The position numbers and the translations under genes are program-made. DNA of 64,000 bases from a virus: positions 1-64,000 of the IMG/VR virus record IMGVR_UViG_3300032322_002033. One strand, given 5' to 3'. How positions within the stretch are numbered: position 1 is the stretch's first letter; every line of letters begins with the position of its first letter. Of this stretch, positions 19,286 to 29,505 are shown one piece after another. The notes under the pieces were generated by a model. The model saw only the letters and a program-made list of their open reading frames with translations. It was not told where the DNA came from and did no database searches.

Positions 19286-20091
19286 TAAACATTTGATTCA
19301 TCATATTTTATGTTTCTATCATTTGAGAAAAAATATTCTTTTTTGGCGGTAGAAACCCAAAACCTAACTTCATCTTCTGACATTTTCTTACTTCCATTCT
19401 TGTACTCCCAAAAAAGTGAATCTGGTCTCAAATTGATATGCTTATATCCAATCTTTGGAATTGTCATTATTTTTACAGAGTTGTATGTCATTCTCAATAA
19501 AAACTCATAACCAAATGTTAATTTGAAACTTGATTTAAATCCTCCGAAGTCTTCCAAGATTGACTTTTTAATTAATATTCCTGATGTTTGAAAGTTTTGA
19601 TAATTTAACAAAGTTTCATTAGTTAAATAACCAATTTCTTGTGTGAAGTTTGCGGCAAATGTTGCCTCGTTTGTAAACCCTGCAAATACTGACTTATTAT
19701 CAACATCAACAACAATAGGTAAAAATGCATCGACTTCAGGATAGAATTCAGAATATTTTAAAACATTCTTAAACCAAATTTGAGAATATTCATCGTCAAA
19801 TTCAAAAAATGAAACCCATTCAGAAGTTGCATTTTTAATACCTAAATTTATTTGTTCAGTATAATTAGGTTCAGAATCAAATTTAATTTTTTTAACATTT
19901 AATTCCCCAAAATTAAATCCATCCAAATAACTAGTTAAACTTTCTTCATTAGAATGGACAATAATAAGTTCATTAAATGTGACTTGTTGATTTTGTAATG
20001 ATTGAATTGCTTTCTCAAAATACTCATCAAATTCTCTCACAAGATTTGATTTAATTGGTAAAATGACACTTAAATTAATTTTATTTTCCAT
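19285..20091 (-). CDS. Glycosyltransferase, family 2 (GT-A)
   Basis: LSVILPI, QINLGIKNA, WVSFFEFDD, YEFLLR. Confidence 0.85.
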   Translation of the reverse strand: MENKINLSVILPIKSNLVREFDEYFEKAIQSLQNQQVTFNELIIVHSNEESLTSYLDGFNFGELNVKKIKFDSEPNYTEQINLGIKNATSEWVSFFEFDDEYSQIWFKNVLKYSEFYPEVDAFLPIVVDVDNKSVFAGFTNEATFAANFTQEIGYLTNETLLNYQNFQTSGILIKKSILEDFGGFKSSFKLTFGYEFLLRMTYNSVKIMTIPKIGYKHINLRPDSLFWEYKNGSKKMSEDEVRFWVSTAKKEYFFSNDRNIKYDESNV

Positions 20092-20092
20092 A

Positions 20093-21154
20093 TTATTGTT
20101 CTGTTGTTTGTGCGTGTTTATCTAATTCAGATTTAAAATTTTCTATTCTTAAATTAAAGTAACCTTGAAATAAATTACTAATATTTTCATCAAATTTAGT
20201 TCTATCTGAATATTCATTTGGAGTTGATTCCATGTTAGAATATAATTCCACAGAAATATTGTCCTCTAACCAATTCTGAATATAATCGGCGATTATGTCA
20301 GTTAATTTAATTACATCCTGTATCCATATACCATTATTTTCATTAATCCAATCTGGTAACAAATTAGGTAGTTTACCAATAACAGGTACTCCACACATCA
20401 TAGACTCTAATGGGAAGGTACCAAATGATGATGTATCGTCTAACCATACTGATACCATAGAATCTTGTAATTGAGTTGCAAATTCTTTTTGAGACAAGTT
20501 TCTTAAATCTCTAAATCTAACCCATCTGTATTGTGGATATTTTTGATAAAAAGTTTTAATTAGATTCATAGTATCTCTTTGGTCTCTTGAGTGAACTGAC
20601 ACTATTGGTTTAACAGGTAACTCTGACTTTGTAAAAATATTGTCAATAACAGGTGGTAATACATCGTAAGAAACTGCTCTCATTATTGAAGATACATGGT
20701 CTTTTAATTTGTTTCCTGTGATAATACATTTTGTGAATCCCATATCTGACCATGATTGACCTGGTTGTAAAGTTTCAAAAATATGGTCATATGCTTGACA
20801 CAAAACAATTTTACCACATGGTAAATTAGAAATTTGAGACATAACATACCCAAATATTTCAGGTACAATAATAAAATCTTCAGGGGATACTTCTAAATTT
20901 TGACCCTCAACAGGTTGATGTGGTAATGTCATAAACTCTTCACCCAACCAATTTTGAACACCAAAATAGTCAGGTTTTTCGTGTAAAATTATGGTGTTAA
21001 ATCCTGATTTTTTTAATGACATAGCCATGTCATAAGTGTGTTTAATTGATGCTCTTGGGTTACCCTTTGTATCTTGTACAAAGAAATAAATTCGAGATTT
21101 TTTCTCTTTTAAATTTTCTACCGAAATTTCAATTTTTCTAATAATTTCTTGCAT
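20093..21154 (-). CDS. Glycosyltransferase, GT-B fold (GT4-like)
   Basis: FIIVPE; SFGTFPLESMMCGVPVIG C-terminal motif. Confidence 0.75.
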   Translation of the reverse strand: MQEIIRKIEISVENLKEKKSRIYFFVQDTKGNPRASIKHTYDMAMSLKKSGFNTIILHEKPDYFGVQNWLGEEFMTLPHQPVEGQNLEVSPEDFIIVPEIFGYVMSQISNLPCGKIVLCQAYDHIFETLQPGQSWSDMGFTKCIITGNKLKDHVSSIMRAVSYDVLPPVIDNIFTKSELPVKPIVSVHSRDQRDTMNLIKTFYQKYPQYRWVRFRDLRNLSQKEFATQLQDSMVSVWLDDTSSFGTFPLESMMCGVPVIGKLPNLLPDWINENNGIWIQDVIKLTDIIADYIQNWLEDNISVELYSNMESTPNEYSDRTKFDENISNLFQGYFNLRIENFKSELDKHAQTTEQ

Positions 21155-21155
21155 T

Positions 21156-21419
21156 TTAGTATTTTTGGATTATTTTATTATTAAGTAATGTATTAAAGGC
21201 AATTTTAAAAGGAATACTTGTTGACGATTTTTCACCTAAAGTTTCGTCAATATCTTCTCTTTCGGTTATGATTGTCTCAATCATCATTTTAACAAGTTCG
21301 TATCTAACAACACTTATGTGTTGTTCAGTTGAGCCAGAAGTGTCTTTTACATCTAAATTAACGTATTTATTTATTTCTTCTAAATCGAAATAATAATGGT
21401 CATTAAATAATTTTAGCAT
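21156..21419 (-). CDS. Hypothetical protein
   Basis: 87 aa, tightly packed in the operon. Confidence 0.7.
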   Translation of the reverse strand: MLKLFNDHYYFDLEEINKYVNLDVKDTSGSTEQHISVVRYELVKMMIETIITEREDIDETLGEKSSTSIPFKIAFNTLLNNKIIQKY

Positions 21420-22053
21420 TTATTTTATCTTTTAATTCTGTTATTGAATTTATTGTAATAGTATGGTCAACATCATTATTATAATCAGTATTGTACTTAA
21501 TAATTGTTGATTTATTTCTATAATTAATAATTGTATCAGGGTTAGAAGTAACTATTAAATCAAAAGAACTTAATAAATGATTTTTAGTTTTTTCATTATA
21601 AAAATGAATACTCTCAATTAAACACCCAAATTTTGATAAGAAAAATAATGTTGCGGGTTTTGATTTACCAATTTCATCTGAGATTATACAAATTTCATAA
21701 TTTTCTCTTAAATCAATATATAAATTATTAAGTATTTGAAATGTATTCATTTCAGATGAAGGGGAATGACCAAATATTTCCATTGCGAATTCTTCATACA
21801 TAAAAGAAAATTGTTCTTCTTTATTTTGAAATGAGAAATGTTCATCTAAATTCAAACTAGTTACAGGTAGGTTCATAGAATAATTAAATGGTTCAGGATG
21901 AACATCTATTTCAGTATTACCTGACATATCAATCTGATACGTATCAATTGTAAAATTGTCCTCAGAGTTATCTATAAAATTTTTTTGATATACCTGAGTT
22001 ATTTTACCAATAGTGTCTCGTAAAACCCCATTAACATCAATCCCTATCTTCAT
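21403..22053 (-). CDS. HAD-superfamily 5'(3')-nucleotidase-like protein
   Basis: MKIGIDVNGVLRD motif I (DxN variant). Confidence 0.6.
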   Translation of the reverse strand: MKIGIDVNGVLRDTIGKITQVYQKNFIDNSEDNFTIDTYQIDMSGNTEIDVHPEPFNYSMNLPVTSLNLDEHFSFQNKEEQFSFMYEEFAMEIFGHSPSSEMNTFQILNNLYIDLRENYEICIISDEIGKSKPATLFFLSKFGCLIESIHFYNEKTKNHLLSSFDLIVTSNPDTIINYRNKSTIIKYNTDYNNDVDHTITINSITELKDKINAKII

Positions 22054-22768
22054 ATCTTTTTAATAGTTCTGTTATTATTGGATTCCTAACAACATCCTCA
22101 TCTCCAAATTGATGAACCCCAACTTCTGACATGTTTTTTAACCTCTCCAACGCATCCCAAAGACCTGAATGTTTTTTATCTTTATATCGGTCAGTTTGTT
22201 CTAAATCACCTGAAATAAAAAACTTACTATCCGTACCAATACGGGTTAATAAAAGTTTCATTTGTTTTGGAGTTGCGTTCTGAGCCTCCTCAAAAATTAA
22301 AATTGAATTATCAATATTCATACCCCTCATGTATGCTAATGCAAACACTTCAATAACTTCCATTGCTTTTAATTTTTCACGAGTCTCTTTTCCTACAATT
22401 TTATTTAATAGGTAATAAGATGGGAAAATATAGGGGTCTAATTTCTCCTCAACATTACCAGGTAATGAACCTAATTTTTCTTCAGCTTCAACTGCAGGTC
22501 TTACGATAATAATTTTTTCATACGGAGAATCGTGTTCGGCAAGTAAATCTACCGCCGCCTTCATTGCAATAAAACTTTTTCCAACACCTGCAGGTCCTGA
22601 ACAAACAGTAATTTGGTTTTTTCTAAGTTTATCGTAATACTCTCTTTGACTTTGAGTTAAAAATTTGTCTTTACCTTTTTTAATGATTCTACAAATTTGG
22701 TCTTTCTTTGAGATTTTAATTTCTCCCCCAAAATCTATCGGGTCTTTAGTTGTTTTTTTTCTTGTCAT
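22037..22768 (-). CDS. phoH: PhoH-family ATPase
   Basis: GPAGVGKS, RPAVEAEEKLGSLPG, AYMRG, EEAQN, LLTRIG, GDLEQTD, VVRNP. Confidence 0.95.
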   Translation of the reverse strand: MTRKKTTKDPIDFGGEIKISKKDQICRIIKKGKDKFLTQSQREYYDKLRKNQITVCSGPAGVGKSFIAMKAAVDLLAEHDSPYEKIIIVRPAVEAEEKLGSLPGNVEEKLDPYIFPSYYLLNKIVGKETREKLKAMEVIEVFALAYMRGMNIDNSILIFEEAQNATPKQMKLLLTRIGTDSKFFISGDLEQTDRYKDKKHSGLWDALERLKNMSEVGVHQFGDEDVVRNPIITELLKRYEDRD

Positions 22769-23641
22769 TTATTTGTTATTTAACCAATCTTTAACTGATA
22801 AGGTTGGAGTCCAACCTAAATCTAATTTAATTTTTTTATTATCACATAGGGTTTCAAATGGCTCAATCCTATTACCAATATATGATGTAGGGTGGTTAAA
22901 GTAACTAGCAATTTCATTTACTGATATATTATCACTGTACCCCACATTATATATGTTAAAATTTTCAGTATCCATAATACACGACAAATAATTTGCGATA
23001 ACAACATCTTTTACGTAAATAAAATCCCTTCTTTGATTTCCGTCATTAGTTATTGTTAATGGTGTATTTTTTTCTTTCTGTTCTTTAAACACCGATATTA
23101 CTGATTTGTATGCACCTTCATTTGTCATCCTTTCACCAAATACATTAAAATATCTTAAACAAACTGACTTAACTGAATATAAGTCAGAATATAATTTTAA
23201 ATAATTTTCGCTAGTTAATTTATCTAAAGCATATGGTGACATTGGGTTTGGTATTGAATTTTCACAAGTTGGAAAATTTTTTGGATTTCCATAGATTGCG
23301 GAAGTACTTGAAAACACAATTTTTTTAACATTTGTATTAACACATTTATTTAATACGTTTAAAGTTGTTTGGAAATTATTTTTATAAGATGTGTGAGGGT
23401 CGTCAATTGACTGTTGAACATTTGGTGTTGCTGCCATATGAATTATAAAATCAAAACCATCAAAAGAGTCTAAATAGTCGTTTAAATCTTTATTTATAAA
23501 AATTGCGTTTGGATTAATGTTTGACTTTTTTCCTGTGTACAAGTTGTCAATTATTGTAACATTATGACCTAAATCAATTAAATAATCAACCATATTTGAA
23601 CCAATAAATCCGGCACCACCAGTAACTAAAAAATTATACAA
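22769..23641 (-). CDS. NAD-dependent nucleotide-sugar epimerase/dehydratase
   Basis: VTGGAGFIGS, FSSTSAIYG, YALDK (YxxxK), LRYFNVFG, RDFIYVKDV; TTG start. Confidence 0.92.
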   Translation of the reverse strand: MYNFLVTGGAGFIGSNMVDYLIDLGHNVTIIDNLYTGKKSNINPNAIFINKDLNDYLDSFDGFDFIIHMAATPNVQQSIDDPHTSYKNNFQTTLNVLNKCVNTNVKKIVFSSTSAIYGNPKNFPTCENSIPNPMSPYALDKLTSENYLKLYSDLYSVKSVCLRYFNVFGERMTNEGAYKSVISVFKEQKEKNTPLTITNDGNQRRDFIYVKDVVIANYLSCIMDTENFNIYNVGYSDNISVNEIASYFNHPTSYIGNRIEPFETLCDNKKIKLDLGWTPTLSVKDWLNNK

Positions 23642-23720
23642 AATATTATATTTCTAATTGTTTATTAATCCCGTCTTGTCATAATAAATGGTTTAACTAT
23701 TAAAATAAAATCTCCAATTT

Positions 23721-24269
23721 TTATAATTTTTTAATATTAGTGATACAAAAAGTTGGACATCCATCATTTGTTAGATAATTTATTTTTAAATCTTTATTTT
23801 GACAAAATTCATTAACCGCTTGTACAACACCTGGAAATTTATCTGAAGTATAATCGTGACCACAAATTAATCCACCATTTTTTGTCTTTAGAAAAGATAC
23901 TGATAAATCTGACTTAACCCCTTCATAACTATGGTCACCGTCAATATAAATTAAATCAAAATAATTATCATCAAATTTATTTAGAACATCTAAACTTTTA
24001 TTTTTGTGTATTATTACACTACTATCATTTGAAAAATAATCAACTAATTTATAATATTCTTCGTTTAGATTAGTCCATATAATATTATTACCGTCTTTAT
24101 CTCCAGAACATCCATTACCTTCAAAAATATCAATTAAATGCAACTCTGAAGGGCTTAAATTTTCTTTTATGAACTTTGAAAATTCCCCTTGGAATACTCC
24201 TATTTCACATATTATTGTGTTTTTATCAAATGATTTGAGTAAATCATTCCTAGTATTAAAATTAATCAT
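23721..24269 (-). CDS. Class I SAM methyltransferase (Methyltransf_24-like)
   Basis: EIGVFQG, IYIDGDHSYEGVKSDL, GGLICGHDY. Confidence 0.88.
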   Translation of the reverse strand: MINFNTRNDLLKSFDKNTIICEIGVFQGEFSKFIKENLSPSELHLIDIFEGNGCSGDKDGNNIIWTNLNEEYYKLVDYFSNDSSVIIHKNKSLDVLNKFDDNYFDLIYIDGDHSYEGVKSDLSVSFLKTKNGGLICGHDYTSDKFPGVVQAVNEFCQNKDLKINYLTNDGCPTFCITNIKKL

Positions 24270-24997
24270 AGTATATTTTTATTAAAAAAATTAATCATTT
24301 TATCGTATTTAATTCCGTAATTTCCGGGACCTCCCGCAAAATGCAAGACAACTCCATTAAAACTATCAATATTATATCCATTATGAGACACATACTCCGT
24401 TAATTTATTATCATATAATGAATTTCTATAAAGATAAGTATTAAAAAATGGTTGCTCTAAACATTCATTAGAAAGATGAATGTTATCATTTAAAAATGAA
24501 TCAATATTTTTTAGGTGATTAACCATATTTTGGTTAAATGCAAAAAATCCGGCATTTATACCCATAATCCTATTTTCATTAATTTTATCTTTTTCATTTT
24601 GATTTAATATTTTAGAACCCCACCATTCCTCAGACATCAACTCATTTTCATTACTAACATAAAATTTATCTTCAATTATATTATCAAAAATAATATCAGG
24701 GTTATCGGTAAATAAAATATCTAAATCTGAAAATATTATTTTGTCATATTCATTTATCTTTTCAAAATTGTACAATTTAAGTTTATTTGAACTTGATGTG
24801 TATAACCCTTCATTAGGAGTATCCATGAAATAAACATTATTTTTAAATATAATATTTTCAGTTATTAAATTTTTAAAATTTGTTATGAATAAAAAATCAC
24901 CATCATAGTTAAATTTTTGGATACTTTCAATACATAATTTGGCTAAATTTAAATATTCTGAGTTATTACCTAATGTAAAATATATTAATTTTTTCAT
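24266..24997 (-). CDS. GT-A glycosyltransferase (GT8-like)
   Basis: KIIFSDLDILF, INAGFF, EQPFFN, LHFAG. Confidence 0.75.
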   Translation of the reverse strand: MKKLIYFTLGNNSEYLNLAKLCIESIQKFNYDGDFLFITNFKNLITENIIFKNNVYFMDTPNEGLYTSSSNKLKLYNFEKINEYDKIIFSDLDILFTDNPDIIFDNIIEDKFYVSNENELMSEEWWGSKILNQNEKDKINENRIMGINAGFFAFNQNMVNHLKNIDSFLNDNIHLSNECLEQPFFNTYLYRNSLYDNKLTEYVSHNGYNIDSFNGVVLHFAGGPGNYGIKYDKMINFFNKNIL

Positions 24998-25004
24998 ATT
25001 AGTA

Positions 25005-25616
25005 TTACAGGAGATATTTTTTTTTGTATTTGTATAAACATAGACCTACTGAATCAAATTCATCATCAGTAAAATCCGAATTTTTTTTGTCAGAATGTAA
25101 CTGCTCAACTAAAATCCAGTTATCAGAGTTTTCAATATACTCTCTAATTTTAATTGATTTTGTTGAGTAGTTATTGTCATAAGGTCTATAGTAATCCCAA
25201 TCGTGCATACAAAAATAAGTTCCATCGTCAATATGATTTTCTAAAAAAACAATATCTTCATATGCTATGTCCTGTTTTTCCGGACCGTCAAACATAATAA
25301 AGTTAGGTTTTATATTATCATTTATCAACATTTTTAACATTTCACTTGAATTATTTTTGTAATAATTCACAAATTTAAATTTTTCTAAAAATAATTTTTG
25401 TGGTGACCTAACAGGGTCACAAGTATAAAACTTAGTGTTGTAATTTTTATCAGAAATTGCTTTAGAAATATAATATGTTGACCCCCCTCCATCTCCGGTG
25501 CCAATCTCAAAAACTACTTTAGGTGATAACTCACTAATCCAAGTGTATAGTTTAAATCTTTCAAATGGTAACATTTCGCCGCCAAAATCATTATGTTTAA
25601 AATTATCTTTATCCAT
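25005..25616 (-). CDS. Class I SAM methyltransferase
   Basis: FEIGTGDGGGST, IMFDG, MHD. Confidence 0.75.
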   Translation of the reverse strand: MDKDNFKHNDFGGEMLPFERFKLYTWISELSPKVVFEIGTGDGGGSTYYISKAISDKNYNTKFYTCDPVRSPQKLFLEKFKFVNYYKNNSSEMLKMLINDNIKPNFIMFDGPEKQDIAYEDIVFLENHIDDGTYFCMHDWDYYRPYDNNYSTKSIKIREYIENSDNWILVEQLHSDKKNSDFTDDEFDSVGLCLYKYKKKYLL

Positions 25617-25624
25617 TATTTATT

Positions 25625-26428
25625 TTAAATTTTTTCTGACATTTTTTTTATTTTATCAACCCAATAGTAATAATCTAAAGTTTCTAAGCTATTATTTTTA
25701 ACTTCTTTTATTCTCTTTTCGACATTTCTAAAATCATCAAATTCTTTAATATCTCCAACAAATACGACTGGTAAATTTTTATATATTTTATTATTAATTG
25801 CATTATATTCTTCAGAGTTTCCATAAATAATAGGAATAGATTTTAAATATAAAACTTCATATGTTCTGATACATTCAATACCATTACCTCTAGGTGAAAG
25901 TGTTGCCATATGACTTTTCACCCCTTTAACAAAATCACCATAAGTTAAACCTTCTTCATTTGAAAAATTTTCATTAAAGAAACAATAATTTTTTAAAGGT
26001 GACCTTATTGGTATATTGGTATTTACGTTAAAATTTGAATATATTTTATTTTTAACCTCAAAATCACCGACGTTAACCTCACCTAATAGATAAGGTTTTT
26101 TTTCAAAAATGCCAGGATTAATCATTCCATGACCAGCTCTTGTTGTTAATTCCTCAATTTCAACTCCTATAGGAATTGGTGTTACTTTGTCAGAATTTGA
26201 AGTAGTATTTGTTGCGAAAATATGTTTTACATTTGGTGGACACCTTGATAAAATATCGTCAGTAACACTATAATCACTATTTGCAATAATTAAAATAATA
26301 TTTTTTTTAAAATTTCTAATTCTTTCAAATTCTTCGAGAATAAAATCTGTTTTACAAAAAACAATTTTTTCATCGTCATGCAGGTCATTGCAAAACCTGG
26401 ACATTTGAATTAAATTATGATTAATCAT
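25625..26428 (-). CDS. Exostosin/GT47-like glycosyltransferase
   Basis: LSPRGNGIECIRTYEVLYLKSIPI and LPVVFV. Confidence 0.65.
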   Translation of the reverse strand: MINHNLIQMSRFCNDLHDDEKIVFCKTDFILEEFERIRNFKKNIILIIANSDYSVTDDILSRCPPNVKHIFATNTTSNSDKVTPIPIGVEIEELTTRAGHGMINPGIFEKKPYLLGEVNVGDFEVKNKIYSNFNVNTNIPIRSPLKNYCFFNENFSNEEGLTYGDFVKGVKSHMATLSPRGNGIECIRTYEVLYLKSIPIIYGNSEEYNAINNKIYKNLPVVFVGDIKEFDDFRNVEKRIKEVKNNSLETLDYYYWVDKIKKMSEKI

Positions 26429-27434
26429 CTCTTCGATATTTTATGTTTGATTTATTATATATGTTGTCTATTAAAGAAATTACATTTAAACTTTCACTTA
26501 ACGAAAAATCATTTAAGTTTTTATAAACAAATGGATGATTTGGACATGAGCCTTGGTAGGAACCATATACATTAGGTTCAGTTATTATATTATATTTCTT
26601 TTCAATCTTATCAAATTCTTGTTGAGACCCGTGTGATAAAAAGTTGGCGGATTCCAAAATGTTTAAAGCTTTACCCCCAACCTTCATAAAACCATTTGAC
26701 CCCAATATAGAAATTGAACACTCCAAGTTATGAGGCTCCGCAGCAATTGTAATTTCACAAGTTCCTCCAAATGAACCAAAATCAAATATTGAATAGATTG
26801 TATCTTCAATATCCACTGATGCGTGTTTCATTTTATATACTTTTGATGAATGAACCTCAGGTTTACCAAATAAAAATTGTAATACATCCAAATAATGGAT
26901 ACCAACTTCATATAGAGTCCCCCCTCCAATTGATGGTACTGACCTCCATCCTGTAAAATATTCTACAGGACGTTGCCATCTTTGTATTAGATTAACTGAC
27001 CTTATATCACCTAATAATTTTTTATCAATTACTTCTTTTATTAGTTGTACTGTAGGGTTTAACCTAACTTGAAGTACACAATAAGCCTTTTGATTATTTG
27101 AGTCTGCTATTTTTTGTATCTCATCAATTTCATCTTTACTAAAAGACACTGGTTTTTCGATTAATACATCGCAGTTATTTTCAAGTGCGTAAATTGATTG
27201 TGAAAAATGTAATGAGTTAGGTGTTGCAATTGTGATAAAATTAACGCTTCCATCTTTTATCATTTCTTTATAATCAGTGTAGTATTTTACATTTAGTTTT
27301 TTTCCAATTTTTTTGGAGATATCTTCTTGTATGTCACAAACCGCAACCAATTCAAAATCTTTATTTTCATAAATAGATTCAAGGTGTCTTGGTAATATTG
27401 CTCCGCAACCTATAATACCAACTTTTTTAGTCAT
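26421..27434 (-). CDS. Gfo/Idh/MocA oxidoreductase (WlbA/WbpB-like)
   Basis: VGIIGCGAI, ATPNSLH, LIEKP, GGGTLYEVGIHYLD. Confidence 0.88.
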   Translation of the reverse strand: MTKKVGIIGCGAILPRHLESIYENKDFELVAVCDIQEDISKKIGKKLNVKYYTDYKEMIKDGSVNFITIATPNSLHFSQSIYALENNCDVLIEKPVSFSKDEIDEIQKIADSNNQKAYCVLQVRLNPTVQLIKEVIDKKLLGDIRSVNLIQRWQRPVEYFTGWRSVPSIGGGTLYEVGIHYLDVLQFLFGKPEVHSSKVYKMKHASVDIEDTIYSIFDFGSFGGTCEITIAAEPHNLECSISILGSNGFMKVGGKALNILESANFLSHGSQQEFDKIEKKYNIITEPNVYGSYQGSCPNHPFVYKNLNDFSLSESLNVISLIDNIYNKSNIKYRRDD

Positions 27435-27903
27435 TTTTTATTTTTTTTATTAGTTTAACTGGATTACCATAAGCTAAAAAATTATTGGGGATGTTTTTAG
27501 TTACCACACTACCTGCACCAATAAATGAGTTTTCACCAATAGTATTTCCGCATACAATAGTTGTATTAGCTCCAATGCTGCAACCTGATTTAAACAATGT
27601 TTTTCTAAATCTATCACTCCAATCATTATTTACATCAGGATAAATGTCGTTAGTTGTAATAACATTAGGACCTATAAAAACATTATTTTCAATAACGACT
27701 CCCTCATAAATCAAAGAATGATTTTGAATTTTACAATTATTACCTATAGTAACATTTGGACCAATATATACACCCTCACCAATTACACAATTATCTCCAA
27801 TTTTAACTCCTTTACAGACATGAGAAAACGACCAAATTTTAGTACCTAAACCTATATCTGAACTTTCAACTATTGAAGTTTCGTGACAAAAATATTCTTT
27901 CAT
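27427..27903 (-). CDS. Hexapeptide-repeat N-acetyltransferase (WlbB/WbpD-like)
   Basis: IGLGTKIWSFSHV, IGNNCKIQN, VFIGPNVITTND, SIGANTTI, GAGSVVTK, GNP. Confidence 0.9.
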   Translation of the reverse strand: MKEYFCHETSIVESSDIGLGTKIWSFSHVCKGVKIGDNCVIGEGVYIGPNVTIGNNCKIQNHSLIYEGVVIENNVFIGPNVITTNDIYPDVNNDWSDRFRKTLFKSGCSIGANTTIVCGNTIGENSFIGAGSVVTKNIPNNFLAYGNPVKLIKKIKND

Positions 27904-28692
27904 TTAATTATATTTTGGTATCATATCAAATAATGTATCTAAATATTTTTGATGGTCATGGTACGGTCTACATGAGTGACACTCAATATATCCATTATTC
28001 AATAATAAAGGTAAATCGTACACAACTTCAATATTTCTATAACAATCAACTCTTTTATTTAAAAAATCAACGGTTTTACTTAAATCACTTATCCGATTTC
28101 TATTTTTAAAGTTTTTTAATTTGTTACAACTATAAGCTTCGTCAGTACCCCACTTATCTCCCCACATAGTTGGTATATTTGTAGAGTCAACTTTTAATAT
28201 CTCAGATTCAAAAGTATCTTCAAATTCGTATATTTCATTAAATGTTTTACCTTTTGCAATATGGTAAGCTGAAGGACTAAAACCTCCTTCATCCCATTTA
28301 TATTTTGTTTTACCTTCTAAAGTATATTGATTATCTATCAACATAACATATCTATCATCAGGGATTGTTTTAATAGAATCCTTTAAAAAATACGTACCTA
28401 AAGGTATTTGGTCAATACCCATAACAATACATGTGTCATTTTCGTAAAATTTAGTGAAATAAAATAATGCCCATGTATATTGCCAAGGTAAAATCCCATC
28501 AACAGATTTTTCAACAATGATGTTACCAAATTCGGTACTCAAATTAAGTTTTTCAGGTTCATCTTCATCCCCGAAAAATATTAATGTTGGATTTATATTA
28601 AATTTTTCTTTATATGTGTATGATAATTTATTCCAAAACTCATAATATAATGGATTATTATTTGAAACTAATATAACTCTATCTATTTTCAT
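27904..28692 (-). CDS. Hypothetical protein, probable GT-A-like transferase
   Basis: MGIDQIP and WGTDE motifs; glycan-cluster context. Confidence 0.5.
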   Translation of the reverse strand: MKIDRVILVSNNNPLYYEFWNKLSYTYKEKFNINPTLIFFGDEDEPEKLNLSTEFGNIIVEKSVDGILPWQYTWALFYFTKFYENDTCIVMGIDQIPLGTYFLKDSIKTIPDDRYVMLIDNQYTLEGKTKYKWDEGGFSPSAYHIAKGKTFNEIYEFEDTFESEILKVDSTNIPTMWGDKWGTDEAYSCNKLKNFKNRNRISDLSKTVDFLNKRVDCYRNIEVVYDLPLLLNNGYIECHSCRPYHDHQKYLDTLFDMIPKYN

Positions 28693-29504
28693 AATTTATT
28701 TATATTTTTGTTGTGACTTGCGTGAAAGTATTTAATTTTAGTAGATTCGTAATATTTTTCTGAATCCACTAACGTTGATAAAATAACACCCCATATTGGT
28801 AAATCCCCCCATCGATTACTATAAATCCCGTGAGAATTCTCAACGTAATGTAAAAAATCCTGAACAAGTTGGTTCTCCTTAAAAAATTTAAGGTCAAGCA
28901 TCATAAAATTAGTATATGGGCAAGTAATATTTTTAAAATCCATAAACGGAGAAATTTTTTTATCTGCAATAAACTTGTTCCAAAGTTTTTCTAATCCAAC
29001 TATTACATAATCTTCGTCTTGACCCTGGAAATATCCTGAAACAAATTTAACATTTCCATTTATTAGGTTTGATAATGCGTCAAAATCAAAATCTGTGATA
29101 AAACAATCTTCATCAATTCTAATAATATAGTCATAATCTTTTAAATATTCAAAAAAATCAATAGACCAAAAATGACACATATGTTTATACCCCAAATGAA
29201 AACCTTGAGATTCTATTGTTGGTGGACACAACTCATAGTTCATAATGTTTTTTTTATCATTAAAAGCTTCCCCATTACCAGAATACCTAACATCTTTAAA
29301 AATTAAATTAGGTTTACTCAAACTACTTATATGTAATTGGTGGTCATTTGTAATATTACCTTCATGAAAAATAATTAAATCAAAATTAAATTTTGATTTT
29401 TTTAGGATATTTACAAAGATTAAATTATTTCTTTGAATTAATTGATTATATTGTGATAGATTGTAATAACCTTTAGTTAATACTGTTATTGCAATTTTTT
29501 TCAT
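28689..29504 (-). CDS. GT15 (Kre2/Mnt1-like) mannosyltransferase-like protein
   Basis: GYKHMCHFW, YDYIIRIDED, YTNF, RWGDLPI; start re-called at MKKIAI. Confidence 0.75.
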   Translation of the reverse strand: MKKIAITVLTKGYYNLSQYNQLIQRNNLIFVNILKKSKFNFDLIIFHEGNITNDHQLHISSLSKPNLIFKDVRYSGNGEAFNDKKNIMNYELCPPTIESQGFHLGYKHMCHFWSIDFFEYLKDYDYIIRIDEDCFITDFDFDALSNLINGNVKFVSGYFQGQDEDYVIVGLEKLWNKFIADKKISPFMDFKNITCPYTNFMMLDLKFFKENQLVQDFLHYVENSHGIYSNRWGDLPIWGVILSTLVDSEKYYESTKIKYFHASHNKNINKL

Positions 29505-29505
29505 T

